DNA of 64,000 nucleotides from Myxococcota bacterium. GTDB taxonomy: Bacteria; Myxococcota_A; Polyangia; Nannocystales; Nannocystaceae. A model generated the notes under the pieces. That model was not told the origin of the DNA and did not search any database. It saw only the letters and a program-made list of their open reading frames with translations. The position numbers and the translations under genes were made by a program. The stretch's first letter is position 1. The number at the start of each line of letters is the position of its first letter. Shown in pieces: positions 1-9,868 of the stretch. Where the stretch lies: NCBI GenBank assembly GCA_039028615.1, contig JBCCHT010000042.1:43701-107700 (forward strand), read 5' to 3'.

Positions 1-935
1 TAGGGACGGCCGACGAGATCGCGGCCGGGCATGCGGGCGAGCTCTTCGGTCTCGCCGATGCGACCGCGGCCCTGGTAGTCGGCGAGGCGGCCCGGCTCCA
101 GGTAGGCGATCTCTCCGGTCTCGACGACCTTGACCTTGACGTAGGTGACGTCGGGGTGGACGGCCAGCGCGAGGTTGCTGGGCAGGGTCCAGGGGGTGGT
201 GGTCCAGGCCCAGAGGTAGGCGCCCTCTTCGTCCTCGAGGGCGAAGCGGATGGTGAGGCTCGGGTCGGAGACCCGCTTGTGGCCTTCCTTGCGGGTGACG
301 GGATCCTTCTCTTGAGGGCCCTGTGCGACCTCGAAATTGGACAGAGGCGTGCCTAGCGCGGGCGAGACGGGCTGAACCCGGAAACCCTCGTAGATCGAAT
401 CATCATCCCAAAGCCGCCGAAACACCCACCAGACCGTCTCCATGAAGGAGGCGTCCATGGTCTTGTAGTCGTTGTCGAAGTCCACCCACCGACCGGTGCG
501 GCGGACCATGGTCTCCCACTCCTTTGTGAAGCGGAGCACACCGGCTCGGCACGCGGCGTTGAAGCGGTCGATCCCGTACTCCTCGATCTCCGCCTGGCCG
601 TGCACGCCGAGGTCGTTTTCCACCAGGCTCTCGATGGGCAGGCCATGGCAATCCCAGCCAAAGCGACGTTCGACTGCGAAACCGCACATCGACTGGTAGC
701 GGGGGACGATGTCCTTGATCGTGCCGGGCAGCAGGTGGCCGTAGTGGGGCAAGCCAGTGGCGAATGGCGGCCCATCATTGAACGCAAACGCGGGTTCTTT
801 GCTCTGCCCTAGCGCCGCCGCGGCGCCCCGCCGTAAGGAGCGGCCTTCGACATCGTTGTCTGCCCAGAGCCGCAAAATGCCCTCTTCGAGGCGGGGGAGG
901 TCGAATTGTGCGGGTGGCGCATTGAGAGTGGCCAT
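1..935 (-). CDS. ileS: Isoleucine--tRNA ligase (type 2, HYGH), 3'-truncated by window edge
   Basis: Not in ORF track because it has no stop in the window. Manual translation from ATG 935: ...FNDGPPFATGLPHYGHLLPGTIKDIVPRY...RRFGWDCHGLPIE...GRWVDFDNDYKTMD...WTTTPWTLPSNLALAV. Confidence 0.95.
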   Translation of the reverse strand, partial: MATLNAPPAQFDLPRLEEGILRLWADNDVEGRSLRRGAAAALGQSKEPAFAFNDGPPFATGLPHYGHLLPGTIKDIVPRYQSMCGFAVERRFGWDCHGLPIESLVENDLGVHGQAEIEEYGIDRFNAACRAGVLRFTKEWETMVRRTGRWVDFDNDYKTMDASFMETVWWVFRRLWDDDSIYEGFRVQPVSPALGTPLSNFEVAQGPQEKDPVTRKEGHKRVSDPSLTIRFALEDEEGAYLWAWTTTPWTLPSNLALAVHPDVTYVKVKVVETGEIAYLEPGRLADYQGRGRIGETEELARMPGRDLVGRP

Positions 936-1073
936 GGCGTCTGTTTCCAGGTGCTTGCATGTCGCGCCTAGAGCCCGGGGTCAACCCCCTCGCACGATGC
1001 CGGTCCATCCCCCGAGGTTTGCCCGAGACGGGCGCCCAGGGGTATGCTGCCGCCGCTTGGACCCGGAGTACCG

Positions 1074-2264
1074 ATGAAGCGCGCCTACCGAAATCTCACC
1101 TCTGCCGCATTCGTCCTGGCGATGACGACCATCGCGACCGGCTGCCCCGGTGGAACCGACAACGGTTTGAACGATCGCGCGCCCTTCCGCGACTCATGGG
1201 CCGTGGTGGCCGATCTCGCGTTCGTGCACACCGGCCCCGAGGGCGTGGAAATCGGCAGCGTCAACGTCGGTGGCCGCCTGACCAACGACAACTTCGCCAA
1301 CCGCGGCGACGTCATCGTCAACTTCGACGGGCCTGCCGACCGCATCCTCGTCGAGATGCGTCGCTTCACGCAGACCACCGACTCGTCCGCCGCTCAGGTC
1401 GACTTCGACAACCTGTCGCTGTGGGCGTTCAACTCCTCGCTGGGTCGCCCGCAGGACCAAGCGGTCGAGGACGACTGCGTGGCCAGCGGCTGGCAAGGCG
1501 GCTGCGAAATCCGCGTGTACTACGACGGGCAGAGCCAGCTGCAGCGCGCGGGCGCCGACATTCGCGTCACCCTGCCGCCCGACTACCGCTACGAGCTCAA
1601 CGTCGAGACCGAGGACAACGTCGCGGACGACGACTACTTCAACCGCGGTGACATCTGCGTCAGCAACCTGAACGGTACGGCCAACATCACCGCACAGAGC
1701 GGCAACGTCTGGGTCAACCTCGCCGCCGAGACCACCCCGACGCCGACCTGCACGGCCGACGACATCGCGCGATGCGAGGGCTGGACCAACGACGACGGCA
1801 CGGGCACCGAGGTCCCCGCCCCGTGGGATCCGCAGTGCGGCTGCATCAACCACGGCGCCCTGGACATCAACAACCGCGACGCCGCGGCCTCGAACATCAC
1901 CGTCGACCTGCCCTCGAGTCTGTGGACCTCGATTCGCGCCGAGAACACCGGCGAGGGCCAGATGTCCGCGGGTGAGCACTGCGAGGCCAACGTCGACGTC
2001 TCCAACAGCGAAGAGGACCCCACGGGCAACGACTTCCCGTGGCAGGCCTCCTACGCGGCCAACTACCCGGGCATGCCCGCGGTGGCTGGTGCCGGCTACT
2101 TCGTGAAGCTCGAGTCCAGCGAGTGCTCGCCGGTCGCGTTCACCCAGGGCCCCGACGACTTCGTGGGCGTGGGCAACGGCGACGACCAAGAGTCCTCCGA
2201 GCGCGGCAACATCACCGTCTGCAACGGCTGCATCACCCAGACCTGCGCGGACCTGGTCCCGTAA
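1074..2264 (+). CDS. Cys/Asp-rich lipoprotein, unknown function
   Basis: Lipobox-like IATGC after hydrophobic leader; strong GC3 codon bias; followed by terminator. Confidence 0.8.
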   Translation: MKRAYRNLTSAAFVLAMTTIATGCPGGTDNGLNDRAPFRDSWAVVADLAFVHTGPEGVEIGSVNVGGRLTNDNFANRGDVIVNFDGPADRILVEMRRFTQTTDSSAAQVDFDNLSLWAFNSSLGRPQDQAVEDDCVASGWQGGCEIRVYYDGQSQLQRAGADIRVTLPPDYRYELNVETEDNVADDDYFNRGDICVSNLNGTANITAQSGNVWVNLAAETTPTPTCTADDIARCEGWTNDDGTGTEVPAPWDPQCGCINHGALDINNRDAAASNITVDLPSSLWTSIRAENTGEGQMSAGEHCEANVDVSNSEEDPTGNDFPWQASYAANYPGMPAVAGAGYFVKLESSECSPVAFTQGPDDFVGVGNGDDQESSERGNITVCNGCITQTCADLVP

Positions 2265-2283
2265 CCTGCGGGCAGCGTTCGAC

Positions 2284-2319
2284 GAAAAAGGGAGGCTCAG
2301 TGAGCCTCCCTTTTTCTTT
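2284..2319. terminator. Bidirectional rho-independent terminator
   Basis: AAAAAGGGAGGCTCA-G-TGAGCCTCCCTTTTT between convergent genes. Confidence 0.9.
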
Positions 2320-2342
2320 GGTTGTGCGCCTTCGTGTGCGCG

Positions 2343-5297
2343 TCAGGTGGGGTTGCCGTCGCTGCTGGGCGGCTCGTAGTGGCTGCGATAGCGCCCCCAA
2401 AGGTCGGGCCAGTCGTCGATGCGAGCGGGGCCGCTCTCGGCCCACGACGACAGCGATAGCTGCAGCGCGCTTTCGAATTGGAACCACAGCGAGGTTTCGG
2501 AGGGCCGCGACGGGGTATCGGCGCTCTCGTCCGACTGGGCCAGGGCTTGCTCGACCGCCCGATCGACCACGCCGTGGGCGGTCATGGTCGGCGTCAGGAA
2601 GCACGCTCCCGGCTGGAACATGGAGTCCGGCCGGGCCGGGGTCCGCAGGATGCCGTTCACCTCGGTGGCCGCGTTGCGATGGAAGAAGGGCGGTCGGAAG
2701 GTGTGGGCGGTGGTGTCCCAGCGCGGCGGAAAGACGACCAGGTCGAGCCCGTTGGCCCCGCGCTCGTCGAGCGGAGCGGTGAGCACGGTATAGGCCGAGG
2801 GGTCGATGTGGTCGTAGGCCACATTGGACACGGGGGAGAACAACGCGAGGTCGTAGGCGTAGGGCGTGTAGTTGCCGTGCCACGCGACGACGTCGAAGGG
2901 GCTGCGATCGAGGGTCGTCTGATAAAGCTGCCCGCCCATCTTGGTGGTGAAGCGAAAGCCGGGATCGGGTCGGTTCTCGAACCAGGGGGTGGGCGTGCGG
3001 AAGTGCCGGGGATCGGCGAGCCCGTTGGCCCCCACCACGCCGCGATCGGGCAGCTCGAAGTGGCGGCCGTAGATCTCGCCCACGTAGCCGCGGGCGCAGT
3101 CGCCCTGGAGCAGCACGGAGAACGCGATGCCGCGGGGGATGATCGCCAGCTCGCCCGGGGCCACGTCGAGCACGCCCAGCTCGGTGCGCAGGGTCAGCGC
3201 GCCCTCTTGCGGCAGCAGCAGCAGATCGCCATCGGAGTTCTGGTAGGCGCGATGCTCCATGCTGCGGTTGGCCGCATACAGGTGGATGGCAAAGCCGCGT
3301 CGCTCGGCCGCGCGCCCCTGGCCCCCGTAGGTGTGCATGCCGTCCACGAAATCGGTGGGCGCCTCGGGGATGGCCAGCGGTCGGTGCCCCACCAGGTTGA
3401 TGGCGGGAGGTCGCAGCGCATAGTCCTCGCACAAGGTGGGGTGCAGCAGGGGGACGAAGGGGCGATGCCCCGCGGAGGGCCGGATCCGGTAGACCCAGGT
3501 CCGCAGGTTGTGCGAGCGCGCGGCGACGAAGCCAGTGCCGTTCCACTGCTCGGCATACAGCCCCATCGGCCCGCGGCGGGGGCTGTTTTGCGTGCGGGGC
3601 AGGGCTCCGGGCAAGGCCTCCACCGCGTGGGTGTTGCCGAAGCCGCTGACGCCTTCGTTGGTGGTGCCGAGCAGGAGCTCGCGGGCGCGGATCCGCTGGC
3701 GTCCGCCGATCTCGTGGATGTCGCCCGGCTCGATCATCGTCTCCACGGTCGCGCCCGCGTCGACCAGCTCGGCCACCGTCTCTTCGAAATCGGTGGCGTC
3801 GATCCACGGGTCGGCCTGCGCCACGCCGACCAAGACCGGCACCTCGTCCAGCGCGCCACCGAAGGCCGGTCGCGCGTCGGAGGGACCCACGCGAGCGCCC
3901 GCCAGCGCGATCACGGTGGCGAAGGACCCACATTCGCGGGTGAGCAGCTCGAAGGCCAAGCAGGCCCCCTGCGAAAAGCCCAGCAGGTGCACGCGGGCAT
4001 GCGGAGCCCTCTGCTCGATCCAGGCCCGCGTGGCCTCCAGGGTCCCGAGGGCGGCGTTCATGCCTTCGGCGTCGTCGGCCCACGCGGTGCGGTAGGTCGC
4101 CTCCGACCACGAGCCGCCGGGGGCCTGGGGCGCCACGATGGCCACCCCGGGCGCGTCCCCGACGATCTCCCGGGAGCGCTGCACGATGGCATCGGCCGTG
4201 GAGGCGCGACCGTGCACCGCGAGCACGACATCGTCCGCGCTCTCGAGGTCCCCGTGCACCGAAAGCGGCGGGCCGTGATCCCAGGGGCACCAGCGAACGT
4301 GTCGCGACGGTCGGCGGCCCAGCAACGCGGGCTGCACCCACGACTGCGGACCCAGCGTGTCTTCGATGGCCTCGTGCACGTCGGCCGGCGCCACGCCCAG
4401 GGCGGACAGCGACGAAGCCCCGCCCACCGCGACCAGCGTATCGAACAGGGTGGCGAGGGGGTCGGCCTCGGGCAGCGCGTCGAGAATGGCGCGGTACAGC
4501 TCGGGGGAGTGGCGGCGCATGGCCGCGATGGAGGCGGGCAGCAACGCCGCGTGCACGGCCGCGTGGGGCAGGCCGAAGCGAGCGCCCAGCACATGCACCA
4601 CGCGGTGGTGTCGGCCCATGCGGTGCGCGTCGAGGATCTGGGCGGCGGCCGAAGCCCCGCGCGCGGCCTCGACCCGCGCCTGCCGATGCCGCGGGCGATC
4701 GGCGAGCATCAGCACCGCGCGATACAGCTGAGCCATCACCGCCAGCGCCCGCTCGCGCAGCGTCTCGTCGAGCGGATCGCTCGACAGCGCGCTCATGGGG
4801 TGGGCCATGGCGTTGACGAGGCTCTGGACGGTGAGCCGCCGCGACAGCGTGTCGAGGAACTCGGGCACATAGGCCACCACGTCGGCGCGCACTCGATCGT
4901 CGCGCCCCGTCTGCTTGTTGCCCTCGTCGGTGATGCCGTAGATCCGGGTCATCTCCGAGCCGGCGTAGGTGGTGGGAATGGCCACGAAGGGCAGCGTGGT
5001 CTCCAGCCGCAGCGCCTTGGCCAGGCCGGTCGCCGACCCTCCGCCCACCGTCACGATCGCGTCCGCGTCGTGCTCACCCAGCGCCTTGCGGACCGCCTCG
5101 ACCTTGGCTCGGGGCACATGCACCTCGGCCTGCGAGAAGCGGCGGACGGTCATGCCCTCGAGGCCCGCTTCGACCTCGTCGACGAAGCGCTGCGCGGGGC
5201 CGCTGATGAGCAGCGGGCGGGCCACACCTTTGTCGCGCAGCCAGTCGAGCGCCTGGGTCAGCGCGTCGAAACCGAAATAGGTGATCGGGTCGGGCAT
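2343..5297 (-). CDS. hmgA: Fusion: Fe-ADH/maleylacetate reductase-like + alpha/beta carboxylesterase + homogentisate 1,2-dioxygenase
   Basis: N-term VGGGSATGLAKA, AIPTTYAGSEMT, NAMAH; middle HGR, GFSQG, PGDIH; C-term SGFGNTHAVEALPGALPRTQNSP, GLYAEQ, NSDGD, VAWHGN, RPPFFHRN..TE, AHG. Confidence 0.88.
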   Translation of the reverse strand: MPDPITYFGFDALTQALDWLRDKGVARPLLISGPAQRFVDEVEAGLEGMTVRRFSQAEVHVPRAKVEAVRKALGEHDADAIVTVGGGSATGLAKALRLETTLPFVAIPTTYAGSEMTRIYGITDEGNKQTGRDDRVRADVVAYVPEFLDTLSRRLTVQSLVNAMAHPMSALSSDPLDETLRERALAVMAQLYRAVLMLADRPRHRQARVEAARGASAAAQILDAHRMGRHHRVVHVLGARFGLPHAAVHAALLPASIAAMRRHSPELYRAILDALPEADPLATLFDTLVAVGGASSLSALGVAPADVHEAIEDTLGPQSWVQPALLGRRPSRHVRWCPWDHGPPLSVHGDLESADDVVLAVHGRASTADAIVQRSREIVGDAPGVAIVAPQAPGGSWSEATYRTAWADDAEGMNAALGTLEATRAWIEQRAPHARVHLLGFSQGACLAFELLTRECGSFATVIALAGARVGPSDARPAFGGALDEVPVLVGVAQADPWIDATDFEETVAELVDAGATVETMIEPGDIHEIGGRQRIRARELLLGTTNEGVSGFGNTHAVEALPGALPRTQNSPRRGPMGLYAEQWNGTGFVAARSHNLRTWVYRIRPSAGHRPFVPLLHPTLCEDYALRPPAINLVGHRPLAIPEAPTDFVDGMHTYGGQGRAAERRGFAIHLYAANRSMEHRAYQNSDGDLLLLPQEGALTLRTELGVLDVAPGELAIIPRGIAFSVLLQGDCARGYVGEIYGRHFELPDRGVVGANGLADPRHFRTPTPWFENRPDPGFRFTTKMGGQLYQTTLDRSPFDVVAWHGNYTPYAYDLALFSPVSNVAYDHIDPSAYTVLTAPLDERGANGLDLVVFPPRWDTTAHTFRPPFFHRNAATEVNGILRTPARPDSMFQPGACFLTPTMTAHGVVDRAVEQALAQSDESADTPSRPSETSLWFQFESALQLSLSSWAESGPARIDDWPDLWGRYRSHYEPPSSDGNPT

Positions 5298-5305
5298 GGC
5301 AGTGC

Positions 5306-6163
5306 ATGAAGCATGTCTCCCGCCCTTGGACCTACGCAAGCGTCTGTGCCAGGCTCGAACCCGTGGTGGCCGGCCTCTCGCTTCATCGTCGTTGCGCATC
5401 GACGCTGTGCAAGCTCTTGTGCATGGCCGCGATCGTGACTGCCTGCCGCGCTTCGGGGCCGACCGAAACGCCCACCGCGACCGCTGCACCGAGTTCTGCG
5501 GCCACCGACCGCCCCGCCTCCACGCCCGCCACTGGCCCGGCCCCGAGCGACGACGAGGGCTGGGAGTCGGTCACGAACGAGGACGGCATCATCGTGACCG
5601 CACGCGCCAGTGCGCGCAGCGAGCTGAAGGTGTTTCGCGGGGTCGGCGTGGTCGAGGCGCCTCTCATCGAGGTGCTCGCGGTGATCACCGACGCCGATCG
5701 CCACGACGAGTGGGTGCACTCGTGCTCCGAGTCGGGTCTCATCGAGCAGAGCACCGAGCTGACCGGGTTCGTCTACAACCGCACCGCGACGCCCTGGCCC
5801 GTGGCCGATCGGGACGTGGTGCTGCGCAGCCGCATCCAGCTCATCGACGGGGAGCGCGAGGTCCTGGTGACCTTCACCGCCACCGAGCACCCCGCCAAGG
5901 CGCCCGAAGACGGGGTCATTCGCATGCCCTATCTCGAAGGCCACTATCACCTGTGGGCGCAAGGGCCTTCGAGCACGCGGGTCGAGTACCAGGTCGACAG
6001 CGATCCCGGCGGGCGGCTGCCCACGGGGCTCGTGTCGCGGGGCACGCGGGACATGCCGGTCGAGACGCTGCAGGGGCTGCGGGCGCAGGTCGTACGCACC
6101 CGCGGCAGCTACGCGGAGAAGATCGAAGACTTCCGCCGCACCATCACGAACGCGGGCTCCTAG
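5306..6163 (+). CDS. START-domain (lipid-binding) lipoprotein
   Basis: WESVTNEDGIIV, PWPVADRDVV, DPGGRLP motifs; start may lie further downstream. Confidence 0.8.
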   Translation: MKHVSRPWTYASVCARLEPVVAGLSLHRRCASTLCKLLCMAAIVTACRASGPTETPTATAAPSSAATDRPASTPATGPAPSDDEGWESVTNEDGIIVTARASARSELKVFRGVGVVEAPLIEVLAVITDADRHDEWVHSCSESGLIEQSTELTGFVYNRTATPWPVADRDVVLRSRIQLIDGEREVLVTFTATEHPAKAPEDGVIRMPYLEGHYHLWAQGPSSTRVEYQVDSDPGGRLPTGLVSRGTRDMPVETLQGLRAQVVRTRGSYAEKIEDFRRTITNAGS

Positions 6164-6172
6164 CGAGTCGCG

Positions 6173-7204
6173 CTACACGGGGCGCGGATCGGGCAACCCG
6201 GGCGGGAGCCGCTCCACGAGCAGGGCCCCTCGCACGTGCCGAACCGGTCGGTTCACCGCGCCCGGGCGACCGCCGATCTGCACCACTTGGCCCCCATCGC
6301 TCTGCGTGTTGCGAACCCCTTCCCGCAGGCTCTGCTCGTCACAGCCCACCACCACGATCATCGGGCCCACCAAGGGCAGGTCGGGCAGGGGCCAGGACGT
6401 GTGGAACAGCGCGGGGGCGAGATAGCCGCGAGGGTCACCCATGCGCTCGAGCAGCCCGCCCGGACACCAGGCTTCGACGTCGGCGTGCGCCTTCCACTGC
6501 GCGTAGGCGTCGAGGAATCGATCGCGAACGACGGGGGTGACCGGCCCGGCGAAGGACTCGGGGTCGTTGGCGGGCCCCACCGTCACGCCGACCCAGAGCC
6601 GACGGAGGTGTCGCTGTAGAAGCTCGAGGTCACCCGCCACGTAGGCGACCTTCACCCCGCGCGGGTCGACACCGCTGCGTCGCAGGCCGGTCCGCGCGAG
6701 CACGTAGGCGGCCAGCTCTCGATCGGCGTCCGAGTCGATCACCGCCACGCGTCGCTGCGGCTTGGGCACGCCGCCTTCGGTATGGCCCTCGGGCAACGAC
6801 GCGGACAGCTCGTCTTCGATCGTCAGCACGCCGGGCGCAAAGGCGGTTTCGAGGTTGCGCAGCAGATCGAGCGCCCCGGTGCAGGCATCGGGCTCACGCT
6901 GCAGCAGCACCGTCCGACCGCGACGAAGCCAGCTCCACACCGACTCGATCGACTCGAGCGGCTGACCGCGGCGCTCGATGACCCGAACGGCGGGCCCGGG
7001 GCGCGGCGCGGGCCGAGACCGGTTGAGGTCGACCACCCGGCTTTGGATCTGCCCCACCAGCTGCTCGCGATCCCACGCCACCAGCTCGAGCTGCTTGGCC
7101 AACGAGTCGGCCAGCGCATCGGCGTACAGGGTGATCAGCTCGGACAGCTCGGGGCCACGGGCACGCGCGATCGCGGCGATCTGCTTGGCGGAGGCGTCCA
7201 CCAC
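6173..7204 (-). CDS. Degenerate aldehyde dehydrogenase-like protein
   Basis: VIDSDADRELAA, VGPANDPESFAGPV, GG..G.YLAPAL, LVGP resemble the ALDH C-terminal domain; catalytic Cys absent. Confidence 0.55.
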   Translation of the reverse strand: MVDASAKQIAAIARARGPELSELITLYADALADSLAKQLELVAWDREQLVGQIQSRVVDLNRSRPAPRPGPAVRVIERRGQPLESIESVWSWLRRGRTVLLQREPDACTGALDLLRNLETAFAPGVLTIEDELSASLPEGHTEGGVPKPQRRVAVIDSDADRELAAYVLARTGLRRSGVDPRGVKVAYVAGDLELLQRHLRRLWVGVTVGPANDPESFAGPVTPVVRDRFLDAYAQWKAHADVEAWCPGGLLERMGDPRGYLAPALFHTSWPLPDLPLVGPMIVVVGCDEQSLREGVRNTQSDGGQVVQIGGRPGAVNRPVRHVRGALLVERLPPGLPDPRPV

Positions 7205-7213
7205 CGCAACATT

Positions 7214-8239
7214 CTAGCTCGCGAGCAGGATGACGGTGACGGTGACGCCCACGCCGATCGCCACGCCCGCTCCCACCGCGACCATGATGGCGGTGCTGTT
7301 GCGGCCAGCGGACGGGGTATCGTCCTCGAGCGCGGGGCTGTCCAGGTTGTCGGGCTTGGACTCGATGAGCTCGACGTCCTGGTGGCGCGGCGGGATGCGG
7401 CCGTCCATGCGCCGAGAGATATGACCCAGGCCCTCGACCAGCTCGTCGAAGGTGGGGCGGATATCCGGGCGCCGGCTCATCATGCGGCGGCATAGATCGC
7501 TGAGTTCCTCGTCGAACCCTTGGATCTCCAGCTTGAGCTGGGGCCGCTCGGCCTTGAGGTGGCGTCGCACCACCGCGGTGTAGTGATCGTCTTGGCCGCC
7601 CTTGCGGAAGGGCGGGTGCCCGCTGCACATGTGGAACAGCGAGCAGCCCAGGGCGTAGACGTCGGCCCGGGCGTCGACCTCCTCGCCCATCGCCTGCTCG
7701 GGCGCCAGGTAGTCCGGCGTGCCCACGAACACGCCGGTCGCGGTGATCGAGAGGTCTTCTTGCAGCGCCTTGGCGAGCCCGAAGTCGGTGACCTTCACGA
7801 CGCCTTGGCTGGTGATGACCAAGTTCGAGGGCTTGACGTCGCGGTGGACCACGCCGGCCTCTTGCGCCTGCGCCAAGCCGATGGCCGACTGGCGGATCGC
7901 CTCGGCCGCGTCGCCGGGGAACAGGGGCCCGCGCTTTTTGATCGCGGCACCGAGGTCCTCGCCGTCGAGGAACTCCATCGCCAAGAAGGGGCGACGCTCG
8001 TGCTCGCCGATCGCGTAGATCTGGACGATGTTCGGGTGGTTCATCGCGGCCAGGGCTCGGCCCTCGCGGAGGAACCGCTCCTTGAATTCGCGCGACTCCC
8101 GATGGCGTGCACCTAGGATCTTGAGCGCCACGCGACGGCCCAAGCCCTTGTCGCGGCCCTCGTAGACCTCGCCCATCGCACCCTTGCCGAGGAGACCTAC
8201 GACATCGAAGTGCGCGATGGCTAACGGCGCGTCCGCCAT
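7214..8239 (-). CDS. Membrane-anchored Ser/Thr protein kinase
   Basis: LGKGAMGEV, VALK, HRDVKPSN, DFG, GTPDYLAPE; C-terminal TM helix; alternative start 8257. Confidence 0.93.
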   Translation of the reverse strand: MADAPLAIAHFDVVGLLGKGAMGEVYEGRDKGLGRRVALKILGARHRESREFKERFLREGRALAAMNHPNIVQIYAIGEHERRPFLAMEFLDGEDLGAAIKKRGPLFPGDAAEAIRQSAIGLAQAQEAGVVHRDVKPSNLVITSQGVVKVTDFGLAKALQEDLSITATGVFVGTPDYLAPEQAMGEEVDARADVYALGCSLFHMCSGHPPFRKGGQDDHYTAVVRRHLKAERPQLKLEIQGFDEELSDLCRRMMSRRPDIRPTFDELVEGLGHISRRMDGRIPPRHQDVELIESKPDNLDSPALEDDTPSAGRNSTAIMVAVGAGVAIGVGVTVTVILLAS

Positions 8240-8350
8240 GGGGCCGGACGTTAACATGGACGCCGGCGCGCCCGCTACGGACCCTACGGGTGAAATTTGC
8301 GTGTTTTGCGCGGCTGTGGGCGGAAACCGCAGCGCTTGCCGGGGTCGAGG

Positions 8351-9781
8351 TCAGCCCGGTGGGCCGCCGCCGCCTTCGATGGCCGGGTTTTCGAAGCGCG
8401 TATGCTCACCCCGGAAGATCAAATGCACTGTCCCGGTGGGGCCATTACGTTGCTTGCCGATGATCACCTCGGCATCCCGCTCGACCTTGGCCCGCTCCTG
8501 CTCGTCGGTGATGTACCGGGCCTCTCGGTAGATGAACATGATGACGTCCGCGTCCTGCTCGATGGCTCCGGACTCACGAAGGTCGGACAGCTGAGGGCGA
8601 TGGTCGGACCGACTGTCGACGCCACGGTTGAGCTGTGAAAGGGCCAGCACGGGCACTTCCAGCTCCTTGGCGATGGCCTTGAGGCCACGCGAGATCTCGC
8701 TGATCTCCTGCTCGCGCGAGTCGTAGCGGCCCTTGCCTCCGCGGCACAGCTGGAGATAGTCGACCACGATGAGGCCCAGAGGTGGGCGGGTGTCCTCCTC
8801 TTTCTTGGCCGGGAACAGGCTCTTGTCCTGCCGGAAGCGACGGGCGCGCGCCCGGATCTCGAGGATCGTGGGGGAACCGCTGTCGTCGATGAACAGCGGG
8901 GCCTTGTGCAGCCGGTCGGCGGCCTGGACCAGCTCGCGGAACTCCTGGTCGATCATGCGGCCCGATCGCAGGCGGCTGGCGTCGACCCGGGCCTCGCTGC
9001 ACAGGATACGTTCGATGAGCTGAGCCGCGCTCATCTCGATGCTGAACACCAAGGTCGGCGCGTGCTTGGGCCGCTCCTCCTCGGGCAGGTGCATGTGCTT
9101 GGCCTGGGTGATGCACGCGTTCTGGGCCAAGTTCAGGGCCAGCGCGGTTTTGCCCATCGAGGGGCGGGCGGCCAGGATGATGAGGTCGCCCGGCTGCATC
9201 CCGCCGGTCATCGTGTCGAGCTTGGTGAAGCCCGTCGGCACCCCGGTGATGGGGTTTTTGAGCTTGGCCCGCTCGGTGATGTTCTCGAAGACGCCATGGA
9301 TGAGGTCCTTGGCGGAGCGGTAGCCACCGACGCGGCCGGCCTGGTTGACCTCGAGCAGGCGTCGCTCGGCGCCGTCGATGAACTCGTTGACGTCCTCGAC
9401 CCCCTCGCGGCCCTCTTCGGCGATGTCCTGGGAGACCTGCACGAGGCGGCGGATCGACGCCGTCTGTCGCACGAGCTCGGCGTGGTGCGCCACGTGGTGG
9501 CTGCTCGCGTAGCGATCGGCCAGCTTGCCGAGCCCCTCGAGGCCGCCGACCAGGCCGAGCTCGTCGGTGGCGCGGAGCTGGTGCTCGAGCGTGATGGGGT
9601 CGATGGGCTGTCCGCGGTCGGACAGCTTGCTCATCGCCTTGAACACCGCCTGATGACTGGGGACGTAGAACGACTCCGAGTCGATCAGGGCGATGACGTC
9701 GTTGAGGGCCTCGTTGCGTAGCAGGATGCCCGCCAGGACGGCAGCTTCTGCTTCTTTGTTGTGCGGCAGCGGGGTGGCCAT
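8351..9781 (-). CDS. dnaB: Replicative DNA helicase
   Basis: LPHNKEAEAAVL, AARPSMGKT, VDYLQL, LSQLNR, SDLRESGAIEQDAD, KQRNGP. Confidence 0.97.
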   Translation of the reverse strand: MATPLPHNKEAEAAVLAGILLRNEALNDVIALIDSESFYVPSHQAVFKAMSKLSDRGQPIDPITLEHQLRATDELGLVGGLEGLGKLADRYASSHHVAHHAELVRQTASIRRLVQVSQDIAEEGREGVEDVNEFIDGAERRLLEVNQAGRVGGYRSAKDLIHGVFENITERAKLKNPITGVPTGFTKLDTMTGGMQPGDLIILAARPSMGKTALALNLAQNACITQAKHMHLPEEERPKHAPTLVFSIEMSAAQLIERILCSEARVDASRLRSGRMIDQEFRELVQAADRLHKAPLFIDDSGSPTILEIRARARRFRQDKSLFPAKKEEDTRPPLGLIVVDYLQLCRGGKGRYDSREQEISEISRGLKAIAKELEVPVLALSQLNRGVDSRSDHRPQLSDLRESGAIEQDADVIMFIYREARYITDEQERAKVERDAEVIIGKQRNGPTGTVHLIFRGEHTRFENPAIEGGGGPPG

Positions 9782-9868
9782 GAAACCGAGCTGGCGATGA
9801 TAGATCGCTCGGCCTCGTGCGCGGAGCGCAAACCGTATACGGGAAGCCCCGGCCCGTGGAGCTGTCTT

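Noticed and set aside
8351..9781. Intein in DnaB (also considered for NrdJ)
   Set aside because: Normal lengths and contiguous motifs; no C...HN splice junctions or LAGLIDADG motifs.
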